DNA from: an uncultured bacterium
GTDB taxonomy: Bacteria; Babelota; Babeliae; Babelales; Babelaceae
Length of the DNA stretch: 64,000 nt
Direction: 5' to 3'
Assembly: GCA_963722385.1 (NCBI GenBank)
Contig: CAVRKK010000002.1
Coordinates: 640,001 to 704,000, forward strand
Positions 9,050 to 17,828 of this stretch are shown piece by piece; position 1 is the first letter of the stretch; every line of letters begins with the position of its first letter. A model generated the notes under the pieces. That model made no database searches. It was not told where the DNA came from and saw only the letters and a program-made list of their open reading frames with translations. The position numbers were made by a program, and so were the translations under genes.

Positions 9050-11071
9050 TTAAAGAATTATCTCTTTTTGAGGTAAACTTACAGCATTGTTTATCTGCAA
9101 ACTGATTTCTGGAAACTGTTCGCTTATACGTTCCAAATTGCCATTCTGACCTTTAAGATATTTATCAAAAAACTGAACTAATAACGCTCGGGTTATTTCG
9201 ATCCCGCAGGTTGGATCAAGTTTAAGCGGTTGATCACCTTTCCATGGAATAAAAAGAAAAAGGTCAGTAAATGATCCATGTAAAGCATCTTTAATAACAG
9301 CATAATGAGAAGGACCCGTCATAGCATGCCATAGTTGGCGCATACGCTCTTCTTTTTCTTTTTTTTGTAATGAGCTCGTTACAAAAAGCGCAGGTACTGA
9401 AAACCCTTGTGTGGCTAATCCTTGCGGTTTACCATCAAGATCTGCTACCGCTTTACATATACCCAACACGCAGCAAGTAGCTAGAGAAGTGCCGCCGCCA
9501 AAAGAATGCCCAAACATTCCCAAACGCTGAAGATCGAGCTTGCCTGTTAAAATACCCTGAGGATCATTGCGGTTGATTTGCTCAAGCTCCTTTACAATGA
9601 ATCTTATATCATCAACCCATATTCCTTGTTCGCGTATAGATGCTTCCGCTTCGCTTTTCAATTGCCATAACTCTTGCAAATCCTTAAGACTCATTGCAGC
9701 TATTTTTTTGCCATTAGACAAAATAACTGCATCCGTAACATAAGGGTAAGCAATCCCAACTACAATGTACCCATGGCTTGCTAACTCCTCACATAAACTT
9801 GTATAAAAATGTATAGGAGACCCAAAACCTGGTGAAAAAATAATAACCGGATAAGTAGCACACGATTCTGAAACTTTGCCACTCACATAAGCATGCGTCT
9901 TCATTCCATCAAGAAAGGAAAGCTCATTAAGCGTTATTTTAAAATGTTCTTTTAGACCCTCTTTTATGGCAGCAGTACTGAGCGGATTAATATACCAAGC
10001 CTTTGTTGCATGAGGCTTGAGTTCAGCTGGATACCATATCTGAGCAACCAATTCTCGATTATCACTAACATTCTGAGAGTGAGCCTCTCTTCTACTTTTA
10101 TCAACCAGATGATAAGGCGTTGTCCCAATCGAAAGTTTTCCCATCGGAATCGGTAGTTTTCCTGTGTTCATAACCGAACATGCACCGCGTGCTTTTTCAG
10201 ACTCGTCTGAAAGTTTAAATTTCTTTAGTATTGTGCGTTGTGCATCATTCAATTGAAACGTATCTATTTTCAAAGTTCTTTGATTATCAGTTAACTTCAG
10301 AAGCTTAGGGAGCTCAGTTTTAATACGATCAAAAATTCTATCCATAACATCCTTTGGAGAGATAGAAATTTTTTCCAGGAAATGTGCAATAGTACTGCTT
10401 AGGTGACCAAAAGTAATATGCGGCTCATAGCGATATTGCTCGCTAAAAGAAGAATCATACAATTGCTTGCCATGTGATTTTTTGTATATTTCGTTGGCAT
10501 GAAGCAATGCATCTTTGATAGCTGCCCGCAATGACATCAAACCTTCTTTTCCATCATCAATTTTTATAACCAACTCCTTGATGCTACCAAAAAAATCAAA
10601 TCGATCGCTTATTTTTACCACAGATAGCGGCCCCGTTCCTTTATGGTGCTTTTGCATATCCGTCAGAGCATCAACCAATAAATACTCATTGTGCTCATCC
10701 ATTTCACCCAAGTAGTACAAGGTAATCCATAATCGTTCTTTTTTCACGAAACTTCGTGCAAAATCCTTCACCACATCTATTTTATTGAATCGTTTTAAAG
10801 CATAATTTACTTCCTGATCAATGATCTTATTTATCTCTTCTCCGATTCTTCTTTGCAATTCATAGACGAAACTGTTTGGAGAAAACTCCGTTACCACCAT
10901 AGGACCTGGCACACTAAATTTTCTTTTAGAAGCTTCAGCTACACGATAAACATCTGACGATGGAGGTATATGAGCATCTTTAACATAACATTGATTTGCG
11001 ATCATGAATGCAGCAAATAGCATAAAAAACAATGTAAAGCCAAAATTAAACATTTTCAAACGTTCAACCAT
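9050..11071 (-). CDS. Fusion of a 2H-phosphoesterase-like domain and a PAF-acetylhydrolase-like alpha/beta hydrolase; signal peptide
   Basis: N-half LWITLYYLG...YEPHITFG; C-half RELVAQIWYP, FSPGFG, LASHGYIV, GHSFGG, HGSFTD. Confidence 0.75.
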   Translation of the reverse strand: MVERLKMFNFGFTLFFMLFAAFMIANQCYVKDAHIPPSSDVYRVAEASKRKFSVPGPMVVTEFSPNSFVYELQRRIGEEINKIIDQEVNYALKRFNKIDVVKDFARSFVKKERLWITLYYLGEMDEHNEYLLVDALTDMQKHHKGTGPLSVVKISDRFDFFGSIKELVIKIDDGKEGLMSLRAAIKDALLHANEIYKKSHGKQLYDSSFSEQYRYEPHITFGHLSSTIAHFLEKISISPKDVMDRIFDRIKTELPKLLKLTDNQRTLKIDTFQLNDAQRTILKKFKLSDESEKARGACSVMNTGKLPIPMGKLSIGTTPYHLVDKSRREAHSQNVSDNRELVAQIWYPAELKPHATKAWYINPLSTAAIKEGLKEHFKITLNELSFLDGMKTHAYVSGKVSESCATYPVIIFSPGFGSPIHFYTSLCEELASHGYIVVGIAYPYVTDAVILSNGKKIAAMSLKDLQELWQLKSEAEASIREQGIWVDDIRFIVKELEQINRNDPQGILTGKLDLQRLGMFGHSFGGGTSLATCCVLGICKAVADLDGKPQGLATQGFSVPALFVTSSLQKKEKEERMRQLWHAMTGPSHYAVIKDALHGSFTDLFLFIPWKGDQPLKLDPTCGIEITRALLVQFFDKYLKGQNGNLERISEQFPEISLQINNAVSLPQKEIIL

Positions 11072-11272
11072 AATAAATCCTTAATTATAATAACCAGTTT
11101 AGATGATATGATCCCTAGACTGCAACGCTTATTAATTTGAGCTATCATTTCAGAGAAAAACGCTACACCTCATTAAAATGTTTTTTTAGTTCCCTATTGA
11201 TAGATGGGATAACTCGGCTTTTGCCTCACGGGACTTCAGAATGGCTGAATAGCAGGCCCAAACAGCCAATTC

Positions 11273-12675
11273 TTGGTTGTCTTATGTCCTAAGATTAAGG
11301 AATACCGGGAGTCTCTTTCGGCACTTAGCATCAAGCTTACGAGCTACGGTGGCTGGCCGATCAGCGTAGAATTTAAGCCATCTCCATACAGCAAGACACA
11401 GTATTCATATGCCCCGCTCAAGCCCGTTACTGTAGCTGGAGACACGTATAATCTTGCTGATATGGATGCCAAAGCATACTTGGATCTTTATCGTCGCCAT
11501 CCGCAAGCAATTGATCCTGAGGACATGGATATGATTCAGGGGCGCATTCTGTTAAATACCGATTTTCTAATAGCTTCGCCGCAAGGGCCGAAAATTTATT
11601 GTTATAATTTTATAACTAACAGCGATCCCGAGCAGTATAAAAAAGAGCTCAAGCGTATTATAAGCCGCATGATGCTTGAGTGGTTCACGAGCCCAACGAG
11701 CAAGTTTTTCCAAGAGCGTTATAAAATTGCACACGCAGCGCTCACGAAGTATTCTCAAAAGAAAAGGGGGTTCTTATACCGGGTACATCAGTAACGACAC
11801 AGCCGAGCGAAGCTCAAGAGGCTCAAGCTTTTTGGAGCAAATATCACGCATTGCAGCAAAAAAAGCGTACCGATTTTCGGGCTTTGGTGCTCTCAAGGGG
11901 TTATCATGACTGGAAAGCAGACTTACTCGATGAGGTTATGCATGATAAAGAGGAGAGCGCTTTGCTTGCGTTTCTTGGTGACGATTTATTAGCAGCAGGG
12001 TACGCTTTGGTGATACTATTGTTTCCTGAAGAGTACACCGATAATGAATTGCTATACGCCTATAACTTTTTGAGGGATCTGCGAAGGGTTCCGCTGGCCT
12101 CACGTGCTGAAATTGATCCCATGTGGATCAATGGAGAAAATACACGTTTGCTCAAAGAGCTTATACGGAAGAATCTAGAGTTCCAGAAGACGCCGCTCAA
12201 GCAGGAAATATTTCTTCTCAATATTGTATTTCAGCCGCACTGTTTGTCGGGATATCTTGGCCATGTCGCGCTTGATAAAAAGCCTTATCTTGCCGGTATG
12301 ATAAAGCTGCTAGCATACAATGATCTTCGAGCTAGACATAATGAAGCATTGGCTGTATCAGTCGATGGCATTGATAATAGTTGGCTCCAAGAGCAGGATT
12401 ATTTAATTTTTAAGCAGGCTTTGGAAACATACTTTACCGATAAAAAGAATACCGTACCTAAACAGCAGCTGTTTCTTATTAATCTTGTGAAAATTGCCAC
12501 ATATCGTGATAGTCTCGATGTTAATGAATTATATGATAACTGTGTTACAAGCGATCGTGTGCAGCTCAACGCCTATAACATGCTCCGCCAGATGCTCAAC
12601 AAGCCCCGTATTCCTTCGCTCGATCATATCAATATGACCTGGCTCAACAGTCTCCCGGTCAATAAATTTGCCTAA
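11273..12675 (+). pseudogene. Hypothetical gene apparently split by two frameshifts
   Basis: ORFs 11273-11794, 11676-11909 and 11851-12675 overlap in succession, all with non-ATG starts; frame switches fall near homopolymer runs at ~11757-11770 and ~11858-11864. Confidence 0.5.
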
Positions 12676-12927
12676 GAATATCAAACAATCAACTATAAGT
12701 TTGCATTTTACCGTTTTTACCCTTTCCATGCCACCTATTCTCACATCTTCCTCATCCTATGCAATGAAAAGCATGAGCAATTCCTCTCAAATCCTTAAAA
12801 AAGCTCATCAACAGCTGCTAAAGCTTGACGTTAAAGGCTGTATATCCTTGACGCGGAGTAAAAAATTTACTAGCATATTCCACACTAAAATTCTACCTTT
12901 TAGGCCAAGAAGAAGGACAAAATCAAT

Positions 12928-14169
12928 ATGAGGAAGCTATTTTTACTGCTCCTAGCAGCCTTATCAATTGCACAAAAAATAGTAACCATGGAGGGCGAAA
13001 GCTCATTAGGCATCCTTAGAGAACAATCTTTGATTTTAAGTAGCACTACGCCAGCAGCGGGAATTAACATAACAGCGGAAAACAGCCAAAGGCAAAACCT
13101 TTCTTTGCCTTTCAATTTAAGCAATAATGAGCCAAGATCATATCCTCGCGAGATATACTGTGTAATACTCGCAGGGGGAGTGGGCGAACGCTTATGGCCT
13201 TTAAGCAGAAAAAATAAGCCTAAACAATTTCTACCATTTACAAACAAATTATTTGTCGAAATGGTTCTCGATTGGTTGCAAACCATTGAGGGGAATAAGC
13301 ATCACTGGGTTGTCACAACTGAATCTCTAGCAGCCTCTATTAAGGAGGTCCTAGGGGAAAAAGTTGAACATATTGTTACTGAACCAGATCGTCGCAACAC
13401 TGGCCCTGCCGTTTTACTCGCTTGCCATCAAATAGCGGCCATACATCCCGATGCTTTCGTTATTTTTCTACCAGCTGATGAGGATATTCCTGAATACGAA
13501 AAATTTGGTGCAGCAGTCAATATAGTCTTTCAACAAACCACATCGCCAAACCTCATTCTTTTTGGCATTCGACCTCGTTATCCGGCAACAGGATATGGTT
13601 ACATAGAATACGAAGAAGAACTTAATCAACAATCTATCGTGCCAGTATTAAGCTTTCACGAAAAGCCCTCGCTGGATAGGGCGAAAGAGTATCTTGAAAG
13701 AAGAAATATGTTATGGAATAGTGGCATCGTATGTGGGCAAGTATCTTCCTTTTTAAGGCAATATCAGCAATATGCCGGTGAAATGTATGAAAAAATGCTT
13801 AATTTCCTTAACGGTAGCACCTCTTATCATGAACTACCTGCCCTCTCTATAGATTACGCTATTTTAGAGAGGAGCCAACAGATTTCTGTTTTGCCAGTTG
13901 ATTTTCAATGGGAACACATAGGCGATCTTGCTAGCTACCTTGCCCTACGGTCAGCTCAACAAACAACAGCAACAGTATTGCCTATTAATAGCAATAATAA
14001 CCTCATACATACAACCAATTTACAACTTATTGCCTTAGTTGATGTAAATGATCTCTGCGTGGTGGAAGAAGATGGAATACTTCTTGTCATTCCAAGAGGA
14101 AGTTGTGAAAAAATCAAAGCGGTTATTTCACAGTTAAAAAAAGATACGGGACAAGAAAGGTTTCTTTGA
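12928..14169 (+). CDS. manC: Mannose-1-phosphate guanylyltransferase with an N-terminal signal-peptide-like extension
   Basis: VILAGGVGERLWPLSR..PKQF, EPDRRNTGPA, TGYGYI, FHEKP, WNSG, SIDYAILE; preceded by MRKLFLLLLAALSIA and a linker. Confidence 0.9.
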   Translation: MRKLFLLLLAALSIAQKIVTMEGESSLGILREQSLILSSTTPAAGINITAENSQRQNLSLPFNLSNNEPRSYPREIYCVILAGGVGERLWPLSRKNKPKQFLPFTNKLFVEMVLDWLQTIEGNKHHWVVTTESLAASIKEVLGEKVEHIVTEPDRRNTGPAVLLACHQIAAIHPDAFVIFLPADEDIPEYEKFGAAVNIVFQQTTSPNLILFGIRPRYPATGYGYIEYEEELNQQSIVPVLSFHEKPSLDRAKEYLERRNMLWNSGIVCGQVSSFLRQYQQYAGEMYEKMLNFLNGSTSYHELPALSIDYAILERSQQISVLPVDFQWEHIGDLASYLALRSAQQTTATVLPINSNNNLIHTTNLQLIALVDVNDLCVVEEDGILLVIPRGSCEKIKAVISQLKKDTGQERFL

Positions 14170-14636
14170 TGTAGTCAAAATACTCTGACCCTAATTTTTT
14201 CATGCCCAGATTTTTTGGCCTATTCCACTTTTTAATATCAAGGATTTCAAAAAGCTGCTTTAAATCTGATTTTGATAATAGCGAAAAGTACAGCAAACTG
14301 CTGGATAATTATAAACAATTAAGCCCGCTGTTAAGGCGGGCCTGTTCAGGTGGTACCCGGCCATGTTTCATGCTCGCGGCCACCTTATTTTTTGTATGTT
14401 GATGCAAGTCAAAAAATATTATATACCAATTTTGTGCAAAGTCAAGCAAAATCTTACATATTTTAACAAAATATAATAAATTACTCGCCCTTAGCCAATA
14501 TGATACAATTTTCTCATCCCCCAAAACTCACTTCAGATGAAAAGATGGCAAGATATACCTAAATTTGAGATGGGGGCGGGGCCGCCTTGTATTCACATAT
14601 AACAATAATATATATCCGCTCCAGATCGCGCAATAA

Positions 14637-14936
14637 ATGTTGTATAAATATATATTAACGATGAACACAAATAATGAAGTAACACGGATGATAGTTGAAC
14701 TTCCAAAAAGCTTACATAGGAAGGCCAAGGTGGTAGCCGCTTTAAGGGGTATCAGCATAAAACAGCTTCTTATTGCAGGATTAAATCAGCAACTAGAGGA
14801 GTCCGCAGAATGCCTTGATTGTAAAGGCAGCGAATTCAATGAGGAAACAATGAAGATAATGGGGGAAATTCTTCGAGGTGAAGGGATTATTGAAGCTAAA
14901 GATACTAAGGATCTCCTCAAAAAACTAAGAGAATAG
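14637..14936 (+). CDS. Ribbon-helix-helix antitoxin (RelB/DinJ-like C-terminus)
   Basis: RMIVELPKSLHRKAKVVAALRGISIKQLL RHH pattern plus FNEETM...GEG...DLLKKL tail; toxin remnant follows immediately. Confidence 0.65.
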   Translation: MLYKYILTMNTNNEVTRMIVELPKSLHRKAKVVAALRGISIKQLLIAGLNQQLEESAECLDCKGSEFNEETMKIMGEILRGEGIIEAKDTKDLLKKLRE

Positions 14937-14939
14937 ATA

Positions 14940-15069
14940 ATGCTGATACCTCGTTTTACGCATCAATTTAAAAAAGATCGAAAGTTCTCTGAAAAACGGG
15001 GGTCGAGAAAAAGATAATACCCATATCACTTTTACTCGTATTGCGACTCACTCAGGTCTTAAATTTTGA
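14940..15069 (+). pseudogene. YafQ/RelE-family toxin remnant (internal deletion and frameshift)
   Basis: MLIPRFTHQFKKDRKFSEKRG resembles a YafQ N-terminus; in another frame ITFTRIATHSGL resembles the C-terminal RxxxHS motif. Confidence 0.7.
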
Positions 15070-15390
15070 CTATTCAACTTACCTCACTGAGAACATATAA
15101 AAAAGAAACGCTTCTTGTATTTATCGAAAATCGCATTATACTCATTCTCAATTAACCGAATCAATTTACGAGGAACAAACCAATGTTAATGCTATCACTA
15201 TTTCGAGCTATAGCTGCTCTGAAAATGGGCAGAACTTGAGTTGGTTTGTGCTTGTTGCTTAATGCGATAGCCCTTGTAGATTCAGCTTGCCTCCTTTTCA
15301 GTTACCATAATCCCCAATCAATATATTTTTTTCATTGAGTATTGATCGAAAAGACGTGATCAATGCTGTGACCATCTTTAGGAAATACCT

Positions 15391-15633
15391 ATGGGCAAAC
15401 CTAATTTTTCAATTGCGCCCGATAGAATCTTGACCGCTGAGGAGCGCGATAGGTTAACACATTTTGTTACTTTGTTGATAACCATTGACACACGATTGCG
15501 AAAGACAAGTAAGCGCTCAAAGGCAAGCAAAGCAAAGTCGGAACTATATCATAAGTCCATTCTCGAATTGACCTTATTTTTCTTCTTAATTGCTTTATAC
15601 TTGAGCTATCTCAATGAGCAAAAAAGCGATTAA
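15391..15633 (+). CDS. Small hypothetical protein upstream of rep
   Basis: ATG with AGGA ribosome-binding site; overlaps the rep start. Confidence 0.5.
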   Translation: MGKPNFSIAPDRILTAEERDRLTHFVTLLITIDTRLRKTSKRSKASKAKSELYHKSILELTLFFFLIALYLSYLNEQKSD

Positions 15634-16747
15634 CATGGTGGACACTGTTATTTTAATCTTACATAAAGATATGTTCAAAATCGGTGCCCCCGAAGCATTT
15701 TCCCCTTCAGCAAAATGGGTTGCAAATTCGCCTACGAGCCTTGCTATTCGTTCAAAGCAAAATCCCACAAAAAAAGAACTACAGGCTGGCATCTATAAGC
15801 CGCGACTTACTTTGACCAATCGAATCAAGCCCACAGGAGGCGTAGAATTGATCCTTAAAGTTGAGTTTTCATTGCCGAAGCTTCTTTTCGGCAATAACTT
15901 TGACGAGCTTGCAAGAAAGGATTTTGCCGCGCTAACACGAAAATTAGCCGTCATCCTGAATACCATGGGCATTTCCACGACTGCTGCAGCAATCGAACAA
16001 GCAGATGTTTCGGGTATCCATTATTCTAAAAATATTCCGTTAACTGATGGCTCTATTCCTTTTCAGTATATTAACAAAATTAGAGAAGCGAATATTCAAG
16101 AAGCTCTCGATAAAAGTAAGACTGAATATAGGATCGGACATAGCTTTAAATGGCATTGCAATTCCTACGAGGTTATTTTTTACGATAAAATTAAGGATCT
16201 CGAGGCAGCAAGAAAAAGCAATAAGCGATCCCTGGAAAAAGACAGCGAGCTGCAACTTGAGCTCTTTGAGCGCTTCAAAAAGCAAAAAAAGTTTGAGCTT
16301 TTACGTATGGAAGTACGACTTAATAAGCGGCAAAAAGCTAAAAGCCTATTTAAAAAGCTGGGCATTAAATCTGATTTCACCTTCAAGAGTTTATTCAAAG
16401 TTGCGATAGCAAAGAGAGTATTACTGCATTATCTTGAGCAAATCGAAAGCAAAAGACCGGCAATACTTGATTACTCTGCGATAGGTGATAAAAACCTACT
16501 TGCTACCTTGGTTACCCATAACGCTGAGCTCAATAGCAAATATATCTTGCAAATATTTGGGCTAAAAAAGGCCCTTGAGTCTTTTGATATTAGAGAGTTG
16601 CGTGCGATGCTTTCGCGCTTTAGCAACCGCACCTGGTATCGGTTAATTGCAGACGCAAACAAAATAAAATTACTTCCAGCAATTAGGCCTTTGGAAGTTA
16701 TAAAAGGATGCATCAGTAAGTTTAAACCATTGCGAATATCGACATAG
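15614..16747 (+). CDS. Replication initiation protein, phage/plasmid gene II/X (Rep_trans-like, rolling-circle) family
   Basis: EFSLPKLLFGNN, IHYSKNI, IFYDKIKD (candidate catalytic Tyr) and LLRMEVRL motifs; lies inside the island. Confidence 0.65.
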   Translation: MSKKAINMVDTVILILHKDMFKIGAPEAFSPSAKWVANSPTSLAIRSKQNPTKKELQAGIYKPRLTLTNRIKPTGGVELILKVEFSLPKLLFGNNFDELARKDFAALTRKLAVILNTMGISTTAAAIEQADVSGIHYSKNIPLTDGSIPFQYINKIREANIQEALDKSKTEYRIGHSFKWHCNSYEVIFYDKIKDLEAARKSNKRSLEKDSELQLELFERFKKQKKFELLRMEVRLNKRQKAKSLFKKLGIKSDFTFKSLFKVAIAKRVLLHYLEQIESKRPAILDYSAIGDKNLLATLVTHNAELNSKYILQIFGLKKALESFDIRELRAMLSRFSNRTWYRLIADANKIKLLPAIRPLEVIKGCISKFKPLRIST

Positions 16748-16797
16748 TTCCACCATAAAAGTTCAAGGACTGTTTCGCAAATCTTTGCAAAACTTAT

Positions 16798-17193
16798 TTA
16801 GCGCCGTACTTCTGGCTGATAGGTGACAGCTTCCTGATATTCAGTCCTTTTGAGTTTCTTGGCTTTACTTTCCTGAGGCACTTTTTTCGAAGGAACAATA
16901 GTGAACTCAAAGCCCAAAGCTTTTAATAAAACGATAAGTGTATCCAGACGAGGATTCCCACGCGAAGATAGGGTTTTATATAAACTTTCACGATTTAATC
17001 CTGACTTTTCAGCCAGACAACTCATGCCACCTTGTGCATTCACAATATCTCTAAGAGCCAATAGAAGAACTTTTTTTGCGTTTTTATCACTTGGAGTTAC
17101 ATCCTCCAAGGCTGCGTTAAGGTAGCCAGCAGCTTTTTTAGTATCTTTAAGTCTTCTATAGAGCCATTCTTCATGATTTGTATACTTTGCCAT
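16798..17193 (-). CDS. Addiction module antidote, Xre-HTH antitoxin (HI1420-like)
   Basis: AAGYLNAALE...ALRDIVNAQGGMSCLAEKSGLNRESLYKTLSSRGNPRLDT. Confidence 0.9.
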   Translation of the reverse strand: MAKYTNHEEWLYRRLKDTKKAAGYLNAALEDVTPSDKNAKKVLLLALRDIVNAQGGMSCLAEKSGLNRESLYKTLSSRGNPRLDTLIVLLKALGFEFTIVPSKKVPQESKAKKLKRTEYQEAVTYQPEVRR

Positions 17194-17527
17194 TTTTCTG
17201 TTCTCTTTCCAAATAATGATAATAATATTTATTTGCTTTACTGATATCGCTTTTCTGTTCTTTCTTAATCCCAGCCATTATAATTAGCAGTTGATCTTTA
17301 GCAATTTTCACATAATAAACTCGGTAACCAGGGCCATAATCAATTACCAATTCACATATTCCGTTCGCAGTTTTAATGGGTTTACAATTGTTAAAAATAC
17401 CAGATCTCAATCGACCAATGTAAGCAAGAATTTTGTCCTGTGTTTTCTCATCGGGAATGCCTTCTAGCCATTTCTCAAAAATATCAATGTTATTGGGCGT
17501 CTTGTAATGAATAATTTTGAAAACCAT
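17171..17527 (-). CDS. Addiction module killer protein, RelE/HigB-family toxin (HI1419-like)
   Basis: FEKWL...RLRSGIF..CKPI...GICELVIDYGPGYRVYY...GIKKEQKSDISKA; toxin-first gene order. Confidence 0.9.
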   Translation of the reverse strand: MVFKIIHYKTPNNIDIFEKWLEGIPDEKTQDKILAYIGRLRSGIFNNCKPIKTANGICELVIDYGPGYRVYYVKIAKDQLLIIMAGIKKEQKSDISKANKYYYHYLEREQKNGKVYKS

Positions 17528-17562
17528 CTACTCCCCGAATCTTTTGCAAATAACGATAACAA

Positions 17563-17580
17563 TGTAGCATATTGGCTACA
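17563..17580. promoter_or_regulatory. Palindromic operator upstream of the toxin-antitoxin operon
   Basis: TGTAGC-N6-GCTACA about 35 bp upstream of the toxin start; autoregulation by the antitoxin is inferred. Confidence 0.55.
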
Positions 17581-17828
17581 ATTTGTAAAGCATTGATTAG
17601 GCATCAAGGATGCAAACTCAAATATTGATGAGCTGGATATGTTGAAATTCTTGTTAACAAAATCGGCATCATAATAGGCCTGCTATATGGGCTGACTTAA
17701 AGGAATATTGTATATACGGAAGGCAGAGTTCGCATTCACATACCCGCTATATAAGATTGCTATAGCTGCAAAACGCGTCCTTTATGATAAAATAGCAAAA
17801 TATTAATCCAATATTATCGGGACTACTA

